From Octopus sinensis (taxonomy: Eukaryota): 64,000 nt of DNA. The notes under the pieces are model-generated. The model made no database searches. It was not told the DNA's origin and saw nothing but the letters and a program-made list of their open reading frames with translations. Positions 58,347 through 64,000 of the stretch are shown here, in pieces; within the stretch, counting starts at the first letter, position 1, and every line of letters starts with the position of its first letter. The position numbers were made by a program, and so were the translations under genes. Location of the stretch: the NCBI RefSeq assembly GCF_006345805.1, contig NC_043026.1:6262001-6326000 (forward strand), written 5' to 3'.

Positions 58347-61300
58347 TGTGTCCACACACACACACACATATTCCTGAGACTACCCCTTCCAAATGTTCTC
58401 TCTACAATTAGTGATGCAACTGTCTTCATTCACATGCATTACACAACCATAACAACACAGACTCCTCTCTTGCATGAAACTACATCCGATGCCACGTGCA
58501 CCCAGTTTTTCTCTCAAACCACTTACACTCTAAGCATTATTAAATCTCAGAGCGAGATGTAAACAGTAACCACTCGACAATGTAAAGTATAAAAGCCATC
58601 TCAATATGGCTAACCACAAAGTGGAGGTGTTACTGTAGCTTTTTAGCCCCAGGAGATCATCGTCTCCAGCTGGCTTTAGACACACTTTCTGTGCCCTTTA
58701 GGTATTTGCAAAGGGAGGCCATCCCTTCCTCGTAAGCCTGAGTGATACGCACGGACCAGTTTCGAGATTATTGTCTTTTATCAACGGGCGATAACCACCA
58801 GGTCACGATGAAAGGCAAGGCTTGCGAGGAAGGGATGTCCTCCCTTTGCAAATACCTAAAGGGCACAGAAAGTGTGTCTAAAGCCAGCTGGAGATGATGA
58901 TCTCCTGGGGCTAAAAAGCTACAGTAACACCCCCACTTTGTGGTTAGCCATATTGAGATGGCTTTTATACTTTACACTTACACTCTGTTGTGCATGAACA
59001 CTGACATTGTTGAATGTTAGTGTTTAATCCTTCCGAGAATTAAGATTGAATGAATGTGGTGATATCTAATGTATGTTTGTTCCCAAACAACACTTTATTT
59101 TAGTGCTGCTGACGCCACCAGATTGAATGGTACTGTCCAGGTGTCGAAACCATAATGATATCTGTGGGGCAGCTGATGATGGACGTATGTTGGATTGTTG
59201 GTATGGCTGTTATTGTATATGCAGAACAGTTTTATAAGACATCCATTTAATACACATATATACACACACATATATACACACACACACACACACACGCATG
59301 CGCACGCACTTATATGTATATCGTACTGGAGTAAGAGAAATGGAATTAGTACAGTGATGTAGAAACATCTAGAAAAATAGAAAAATGAATAGAGTTTGTG
59401 ATGATGGTGATGATGATGATGCATGGATGCTGTGGTGGTGGTGGTAGTAATATCGATGACAATGATGGTGTCAAGTTGATGCATGATTGGATGAGACAAG
59501 AGACGGGAAGAGAACAGTGAAAGAGATGAAATAAAACAAAACACACAATGTGAAATCAGATGACAAAACGATGATGATGACGTCGGATGACTACAAAGTC
59601 CCTTACCGGAAATGTCCGGCAGTGTTCATGTTGGCTTTGCATTCGATACATTTATAAGTCTCCATGTATTCGGGTAGCCTCATTCCATGGTAATCCATAA
59701 CTTTGGTGAGTGCAGGGGCATTCAATGACTTCACCCCTTTGTCTTTGGTCGGAGCCACGCCCGGCTCCGGTACCTTTATCATCACTTGGTCAGGGGTCGT
59801 GTACTTGGCATTCATACCTGCAGGGACACAGAAAGACATACAGACAGATAGTATATATAGATATATAGATTTCGATTTCAAATTTTGGCACAAAGCCAGC
59901 ATTTTTGAAGGGAGGAGGAGTAAGTTGATTACATCAACCCCCAGCATTCAACTGGTACTTATTTTATCAACCCTTAAAAGGATGAAAGACAAAGTCGACC
60001 TCAGCAGAATTTGAACTCAGAACGTAAAGACAGACACAATGCCATTACATATGTTGATGACGAAGATGGTGATGACAATGGTGATGATGGAGATGATGAT
60101 GATGACAATAACGATTGTGATGATGATGATGACAACAATGATGATGACGATAATAATGATGGTGATAATAATGGTGTTGACAATGGTGATGATGGAGATG
60201 ATGATGATGATGACAACAACAATGATGATGATGATGATAATGATGGTGTTGACAACGGTGATGGAGATGATGACGAGGTGATAAAGATGACAATGATGAT
60301 GGTGATGATGGTGTCGACAGTGTTGATGATGGAGATGATGCTGGTGGTGATGACGACAATGACAATGATGTTGACAATGGTGGTAATGGAGATGATGATG
60401 ACGATGACAACAACAACGTTGATTGTGATGATGATGGTGATGACAACAATAATAATGATGATGGTGACAATGATGACAATAAGATGACAGCATAAAAGAA
60501 AGACAAAAGAAAACAAACAAAAACGAAAGAACGAAACTGTAAGCTGGGGCCACTCACCTATTACTCCCTTTTGGTTCGACTGGTGGTCCTTCTTCCGGTG
60601 AGCCTTCACTTCCAAAGAATTGAAGAACGTCAACTTACATATGGGACATTTTCGAGAATTCGTTTTGGACTGATGTTTTAGGAGGTGGTGGTAGTACATT
60701 TGGGTCTGACCCCAGCCATTGGCCACGAACTTAACACGGAATATCTTCAAACAGTACAGACACAGGATGAATGGAGAACTGTCGTGTTTCTGAAATGGAA
60801 ACATGACCATCGGTCAGAGAAATACAGAGAGAAATGAGCAGATGACCGGAGAGTCTGAGAAGCTAAGACTTGTTTTAACAAACAGCTAGAAGTTTAAAAA
60901 AATGAAAACAGGCATTGTCCTAACAGCAAGATGACCACGAGGTCAGATCGGCTAACAGACTTGTTTTAACAAACAGCCAGATGGGCAGCAGGTTTGTGTT
61001 TCGCGGAGGCAATGTGGCCGATGCCGGTGGCGTGTAACTAACAGCCATGCCGGTGGCATGTGAAAAGCATCTATCAAGCATTGGACCTCACAGAGGCAAG
61101 GACATTTGACCAAGACCTTTGGAATATGCCGTGCTTGAGAAAAAAATCCATCAGGTCAAGTGAATCATAGTCGTGGCAGGTACTGGTGTAAAAGATGAAA
61201 GATCAACCCCCACCCGCTAAAAAAACTAATACATAAAAAAATTTTAAAAAAAAACAAAACAAAGAACTTACCTTCTTGAAGTGGTCGACTGCGTCGCTGT

Positions 61301-61914
61301 ACATGGATGAGCGGAAATTGCACATTTGACAAATATATGGCATCTCGCACGCTGTGTGCACCTGGCGCATGTGATTGGTTAACGCAAGTCGACTGTCATG
61401 GTCCTTCTCGCAGATGCGACACAGGAGCACGTTGGCATTGTTCATATGGACCTGGTCAGAGCAGAAAGAGAAAGGAGACAGGTTAATGACTATTGTCACA
61501 TCTGAGACATAATTATACATTTATATATATACTAGCAGTATCACCCGGCGTTGCTCAGGTTTTTTAAGGGAAATAACTATATAAGCATTTTTAGAGATGT
61601 AAAGTATAATAGCCATCTCAATATGGCTAACCACAAAGGTGGGGGTGTTACTGTAGCTTTTTACGTTCTGAGATTTAATAATAAATTTTTAGAGAGTTAC
61701 TTCCCTTATATAAACTGAGCGAAAATGCATTAAAAATACGTAAAAATTATGGTAAATTTTTTTTTAAATCGTAGACTCATCGTAGACGCGCGCTAATACC
61801 CAGAAGGGCTCGATATGAATCACGACTATAAGATACCCGCTTTTGGTTAAACTGCACCGCAAAATGTGGGAGTAGTTAGGAATCTAAATCGTAGGAGACA
61901 GACACACAACTTCA

Positions 61915-61955
<41 letters not shown>

Positions 61956-63452
61956 CAAATAATTAGAAAATGGAGAAAACCACAGATTAACAAACACATC
62001 GATTGGACCACATTTACAGCTTATTTCTAAGAAATTAAATCCATTAGATTTCAACTGGACTATTTATTAGGTGACCGGTAATAAAGACACAGGAAAAAAA
62101 GTCACAATTAATTTATGGGAACTGGACAAATCCGCCCCTTAGGACAAAACCCAACCGGACAAAAACCCCCGTGACTTTTTTTTTGTGACTTACAAAGAAC
62201 AAGTCCTGAGGAAGGGAGGTCGATTTGTTCAACCAAAGGCGGTGCTCCAGCATGGCCACAGTGAAATGACTGAAAGAAAATAAAAAGAAAAGTGCTTACC
62301 TTCTCAATGTGAGTTTGCATTTCAAAAGGAGTATCAAACTGCTTGTAGCAATGTTTACACTGGGTGAGGTCACTGAGGTCAAGATTCTGTTGCTTCTCGC
62401 TGTCAATGTGACCCTGCATGTGCATCATTGTGCGCACGTTGTTGTACAACATCTTGGAACAATACCAACACTGCAACAGAAGAGAACGAGTGAGAGCCAT
62501 GGAGATAGAAAAAGAGCGGGGTGGGTGCTTTTCACAAGGTGCTAACCCCAGCGAAGTTTTCTGTAGCTTGATGGCCTTCCTAATGCTGATCCCTTTACAG
62601 TGAGGACCGAGTGCCTCTGATGTGGCATCGGTGTGACAAAGGTTCCTCAAGTGAGAGGAGGTGTGCTACTGAATGAGGGGGCTTTGTGACAGGTGACCAG
62701 AGGTTAAAGCAGGGGTGGGGAAACGCCCACCTACAGGCACAATTGTGCCTGCGAGCACATTTTATTGCACCCACAGGCTGGTATATTCGTATGTACAAAA
62801 TATAGTAAATTTTCCAATAATAAAATTTATACGATACTCGTATGTCTCTTTGCGACATAGGTCGCGTTTCCACTACGACATAAAACGGTTAGACTCAAAC
62901 AGAAAATCGTCCGGCAATTGCCATTTGAATGGAAATTTTGCTTTCACTATAAAACACATATCGCTAGGTTTGTACCACCCCCTTGAGTCCCAACTACACC
63001 CTAGCTGAAAAATATAGAATACCTCATAATTAATATAAATGTCCTAAATTCCAGATTAATAATAATAATAATAATAAAATAATAATAATAATAAAAAAAT
63101 AATAATAATAAAAATAATAATAATAATAATAGTCCTTTTTACTATAGGCACAAGGCCTGAAATTTGGGGCAAGGGGACTAGTTGATTATATCGACACCAG
63201 TGCATAACTGGTACTTAATTTATTGACCCTGAAAGGATGAAAGGCAAAGTCGACTTTGGCAGAATTTTAACTCAGAAAGTTAACCCGGGCAAAACCCCAT
63301 TTTGCATTTTGCCCACTATGTTAAAGATTCTGCTCCCTTAACAATAAAAAAAAAAAAGCCTACCTTAAATCTGTGTTCTCCTTTCTCTTCCCAATAATTT
63401 GGGTCACCTTCCATTTTGCCATAATAATATTCGTCCAGAGGGACCCAGTTTC
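10236..63452 (-). CDS. POGZ: POGZ/ZNF280-like zinc-finger protein gene (multi-exon, 5' end lies beyond the window)
   Basis: Exon chain 63364-63452, 62300-62470, 61272-61451, 60558-60789, 59607-59817, 57567-57751, 54389-54484, 45821-45901, 22462-22631, 21670-21796, 19042-19958, 14020-17456, 12346-12725, 10236-10497. All have GT-AG boundaries and matching phases. Motifs [62 protein letters not shown] and [18 protein letters not shown] match the POGZ/ZNF280 finger cluster as recalled. The join across the 23-kb intron rests on phase compatibility only. Confidence 0.85.
10620..11181 (-). mobile_element. tRNA-derived CORE-like SINE (family 1) with a duplicated head
   Basis: Head ggcgcaggagtggctgtgtggtaag...ggttcagtccc, followed by ccttgggcaagtgtctt and tail ...gactgaaacaagtaaaaga. 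Confidence 0.8.
11490..12325. repeat. Compound (GA)n/(GACA)n/(GATA) tract, intronic
   Basis: Direct. Confidence 0.97.
12346..12725 (-). CDS. Penultimate exon, Ser/Gly/Arg/Asp/Tyr-rich
   Basis: 380 nt, phase 0-2, ttttgcag acceptor, AA|gtaaga donor. Confidence 0.88.
12846..13217 (-). mobile_element. tRNA-derived SINE family 3, partially duplicated (relatives at about 23680-24180, 27180-27590, 59880-60035 and 63070-63340)
   Basis: Head ggcggcgagctggcagaagcgttagc...gagttcaaattcc and central domain gactttgcctttcatcctttcggggtcgat...aagtaccag. Confidence 0.78.
13245..13830 (+). mobile_element. Probable retroposon 3' region ending in (TAA)n
   Basis: Unique-looking ~550-bp body ending in a trinucleotide tail, intronic; family not identified. 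Confidence 0.4.
14020..17456 (-). CDS. Giant exon, S/K/E/D-rich disordered region with AKTSSEAP repeats; single 1-nt frameshift near 14731
   Basis: Long poly-T acceptor ending ttcag and AAG|gtgaga donor. ORFs 14721-17507 and 13972-14733 join if one G is restored in a 24-bp repeat unit (gcctcc-acgagg versus gcctccgacgagg), giving 3438 nt or 1146 codons. Confidence 0.88.
17605..17900 (-). mobile_element. Abundant (GAT)n-tailed retroposon (family 4); copies also at about 7842-8103, 24205-24845, 35350-35630, 51020-51330 and 52985-53135
   Basis: Shared core gttaggaagggcatccagctgtagaaac...ggaaaacggacgttaaacgatgatgatg. Confidence 0.78.
18095..18541 (-). mobile_element. SINE family 1, with an internal 35-bp triplication at about 18137-18240
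   Basis: Same head and tail as 10620-11181. Confidence 0.8.
19042..19958 (-). CDS. Exon: unrecognised helical domain followed by a poly-Glu acidic tract
   Basis: 917 nt, open, phase 1-0, ttttgaacag acceptor, GAG|gtaagt donor; overlaps ORF 19012-19842. Confidence 0.9.
20065..20412 (-). mobile_element. tRNA-derived SINE family 2 (degenerate relatives at about 18700-19000, 35000-35080 and 36360-36810)
   Basis: Same head as 63743+; body gaactacgttaagggtacacgtgtctgtggagtgctcagccac. Confidence 0.8.
20930..21440. repeat. 17-bp minisatellite (gagggccgggaagacgc) decaying into a gaagatg-rich tract
   Basis: Visible periodicity. Confidence 0.9.
21670..21796 (-). CDS. Exon ([42 protein letters not shown])
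   Basis: 127 nt, phase 0-1, cccttgcag acceptor, G|gtgagg donor. Confidence 0.85.
21935..22130. repeat. 18-bp minisatellite (gggcaacctgcaacccat/gag)
   Basis: About 10 units. Confidence 0.92.
22462..22631 (-). CDS. Exon, Ser/Thr/acidic linker ([12 protein letters not shown]...DTQSTQ)
   Basis: 170 nt, phase 1-0, ctttccag acceptor, CAG|gtaagg donor. Confidence 0.82.
23270..23430 (-). mobile_element. 3' fragment of an RTE-clade LINE
   Basis: Translates [40 protein letters not shown], the GRPxxRW...W...A..R..W C-terminus typical of RTE ORF2. Confidence 0.75.
24382..24845. repeat. 63-bp minisatellite, about 7.3 copies, inside a family-4 element
   Basis: gtgccacc recurs at 24382, 24445, 24508, 24571, 24635, 24698, 24762 and 24825. 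Confidence 0.95.
28388..28770 (+). mobile_element. SINE family 1
   Basis: Full head, microsatellite and tail. Confidence 0.82.
32074..32447 (+). mobile_element. SINE family 1
   Basis: Full head, microsatellite and tail. Confidence 0.82.
36845..37310. repeat. Degenerate ggacaattaatga repeat with a ~190-bp higher-order duplication
   Basis: 36890-37080 is repeated at about 37080-37265. Confidence 0.8.
37318..38137. mobile_element. piggyBac-type MITE interrupted by a SINE
   Basis: ttaa|ccctttagc ... gctaagggg|ttaa; SINE head at about 37495-37660 and tail at about 37875-38090 lie inside it. Confidence 0.75.
38544..38944 (-). mobile_element. Non-autonomous Helitron
   Basis: On the minus strand: A|TC...CTAG|T insertion geometry with a subterminal GC hairpin (ccgagcaacgccgg) just before CTAG. 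Confidence 0.8.
39000..39420 (+). mobile_element. Possible decayed LINE 3' end
   Basis: Fragments GARLFNS and TNLNKFL...NQPTI resemble the C-terminal GPxLFNxLP...LDKFL...DQP motifs of CR1/L2-like LINEs; heavily degenerate. Confidence 0.3.
41035..41191. repeat. ~70-bp-arm inverted repeat made of an interspersed AT-rich repeat also found at about 33800 and 42280
   Basis: aaattagaaaaaaacaccttttatcaattc...aaaattac versus gtaatttttctaaatgg...gaattgataaaaggtgg. Confidence 0.75.
41683..42091 (-). mobile_element. SINE family 1
   Basis: Full head, microsatellite and tail. Confidence 0.8.
43540..44060. repeat. ~24-bp degenerate minisatellite (gtggcaccgcacggatgcttctac)
   Basis: Visible periodicity; similar unit at 39850-39920. 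Confidence 0.9.
45821..45901 (-). CDS. Exon ([27 protein letters not shown])
   Basis: 81 nt, phase 1-1, ccttccatcag acceptor, A|gtaagt donor; unique sequence resembling the family SxLDxLGL-type C-terminal motif. Confidence 0.8.
46364..47200. mobile_element. MITE with 30-bp TIRs whose right subterminal TIR is amplified into a 25-bp satellite
   Basis: 46364-46393 tatttgtgtattaaggctaccattggtttc is the reverse complement (29/30) of 47171-47200. Confidence 0.8.
46443..47195. repeat. 25-bp tandem repeat, 30 units (catgaaaccaatggtagccttaatR)
   Basis: Units counted directly; three main variants: ttaatgcat, ttaatacat, ctaaatacat. Confidence 0.97.
49180..49565 (-). mobile_element. SINE family 1 (further partial heads near 39715 and 48995)
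   Basis: Full head, microsatellite and tail. Confidence 0.82.
53678..54109. repeat. 108-bp tandem repeat, 4 copies
   Basis: cagctgttactaac at 53678, 53786, 53894 and 54002. Confidence 0.95.
54389..54484 (-). CDS. POGZ: POGZ-like exon ([32 protein letters not shown])
   Basis: 96 nt, phase 1-1, long pyrimidine tract plus cctcag acceptor, T|gtgagt donor; completes the finger begun in the previous exon. Confidence 0.88.
54880..55135 (-). mobile_element. tRNA-derived CORE-like SINE (another family; relative at 31383-31710 on +)
   Basis: Pol III-like head gtggttagggtgtcagcacc...ttttgattcc, followed by cttgggcgaaacacttcatttcacgttgctccagt. Confidence 0.65.
56124..56304 (-). pseudogene. Second, frameshifted copy of the HPZ exon (or an assembly duplicate)
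   Basis: Same acceptor and donor as 57567-57751, but 181 nt long with several 1-2 nt indels that break the frame. Confidence 0.75.
57028..57090 (+). ncRNA. Type I hammerhead-ribozyme-like fold (variant or decayed); second copy at about 55585-55650
   Basis: Stem I AGATAA/TTATCT, core CCGAAGA, stem II GATG/CATC, GAAA, stem III ACT/AGT, GUU cleavage triplet. Two deviations from consensus. Confidence 0.45.
57567..57751 (-). CDS. POGZ: POGZ-like exon encoding the HPZ-like atypical finger (intact copy)
   Basis: 185 nt, phase 2-1; [27 protein letters not shown]...[13 protein letters not shown] aligns with POGZ CSLCRYSTCCSRAYANHM...GDAMA. Confidence 0.88.
58581..58976. mobile_element. Foldback or MITE element with 159-bp inverted arms and a 78-bp spacer
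   Basis: 58581-58739 is the near-perfect reverse complement of 58818-58976; cttacactct is duplicated at about 58524 and 58977 (putative 10-bp target-site duplication, Mutator-like). Confidence 0.8.
59607..59817 (-). CDS. POGZ: POGZ-like exon ([15 protein letters not shown]...[14 protein letters not shown])
   Basis: 211 nt, phase 1-2, tccctgcag acceptor, CG|gtaagg donor; the CxxC...HF motif precedes the HPZ finger as in POGZ. Confidence 0.9.
60050..60490. repeat. Degenerate (GAT/GAC/GGT)n trinucleotide tract, intronic
   Basis: Direct; a comparable (CAA/CAG) tract lies at 25090-25760. Confidence 0.95.
60558..60789 (-). CDS. POGZ: POGZ-like exon, C2H2 fingers ([13 protein letters not shown]...CPICKLTF...KKDH)
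   Basis: 232 nt, phase 0-1, ccatttcag acceptor, G|gtgagt donor. Confidence 0.93.
61272..61451 (-). CDS. POGZ: POGZ-like exon, C2H2 fingers ([14 protein letters not shown]...DHFKK)
   Basis: 60 codons, phase 0-0, ctgaccag acceptor, AAG|gtaagt donor; contains the EMPYICQMC motif. Confidence 0.95.
61532..61950 (-). mobile_element. Non-autonomous Helitron, second copy of the same family
   Basis: Highly similar to 38544-38944; 5' end blurred by (TA)n expansion. Confidence 0.78.
62300..62470 (-). CDS. POGZ: POGZ-like exon, two C2H2 fingers (CWYC...THIEK)
   Basis: 57 codons, phase 0-0, tgttgcag acceptor, AAG|gtaagc donor. Confidence 0.95.
63364..63452 (-). CDS. POGZ: POGZ-like exon ([29 protein letters not shown])
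   Basis: ttctttcag acceptor, AAG|gtaggc donor; matches the family xxDxFYYG motif that precedes the first finger. Confidence 0.9.
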
Positions 63453-63551
63453 CTGAAAGAAGAAGGTAAAAAAAAAACACAAAATAAGACTGAAGTCTCG
63501 CAAACAACAGGGACACAGGTTCAATCCTCAGATGTGATGCACACACAGCAT

Positions 63552-64000
63552 TTTAACCCTTAGTATTTAAAGTGGCCAGATCTGGTTCAAAAATTCTAGG
63601 TTTTATGTTAAACCTGGCCAGATCCAGCTTATCACACTTACCTTACAATGTCATTCTAAAAACAAGCAATTACATCATCAAAATCTCAAAGCTATGAGAT
63701 AATTCAGGATTAATACAAAATGATATGAATATATAAGCATTGTGGAGGCGCAATGGCCCAGTGGTTAGGGCAGCGGACTCGCGGTCGTAGGATCGCGGTT
63801 TCGATTCCCAGACCGGGCGTTGTGAGTGTTTATTGAGCGAAAACACCTAAAAGCTCCACGAAGCTCCGGCAGGGGGTGGTGATCCCTGCTGTACTCTTTC
63901 ACCACTTTCTTCCACTCTTTCTTCTGTTGGCCTGCTCGCTTAGCCAGCGGGGTGGCGTCATTTGAAGGCTAAAACAATGCAAAGCACATTGTGACCAGCG
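63552..64000 (+). mobile_element. piggyBac-type MITE (5' part) with a nested tRNA-derived SINE from about 63743
   Basis: ttaacccttagtattt start; SINE head ggaggcgcaatggcccagtggttagg...ggtttcgattccc carries Pol III A and B boxes. Confidence 0.7.

Noticed and set aside
60001-60557. ORF extension beyond the zinc-finger exon and Asp/Met-rich plus-strand ORFs
   Set aside because: Trinucleotide low-complexity intron; a canonical donor at 60557 ends the exon
63743-63820. tRNA-Arg-like gene
   Set aside because: It continues into a repeat body also seen at 20065-20412, so it is a SINE head; the same applies to the other tRNA-like heads

Overview
Repeat-dense eukaryotic genomic DNA, most likely an octopus or other coleoid cephalopod (inferred from the SINE, MITE and microsatellite landscape; not checked against a database). 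It contains one 100-N scaffold gap. The main feature is a 5'-truncated, minus-strand gene reconstructed by hand as 14 phase-compatible GT-AG coding exons (63452 down to the stop at 10236, about 2,180 codons visible). Its N-terminal part is a POGZ/ZNF280-family C2H2 zinc-finger cluster that includes the HP1-binding HPZ-like finger. No CENP-B HTH or DDE pogo transposase was seen. Downstream come an unrecognised, apparently twice-repeated helical domain, an acidic tract, a ~1,146-codon disordered exon and a Tyr/RGG-rich tail. The HPZ exon lies in a ~1.44-kb tandem duplication with one intact and one frameshifted copy. The end of an unidentified convergent plus-strand CDS is at 2-190. The introns hold tRNA-derived SINEs, piggyBac-type MITEs, two Helitrons, a foldback element, LINE remnants, several hammerhead-ribozyme-like motifs, and a 25-bp satellite that grew from a MITE terminal inverted repeat (TIR). 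No CRISPR array or prokaryotic system is present, and most ORFs in the supplied track are microsatellite artefacts.
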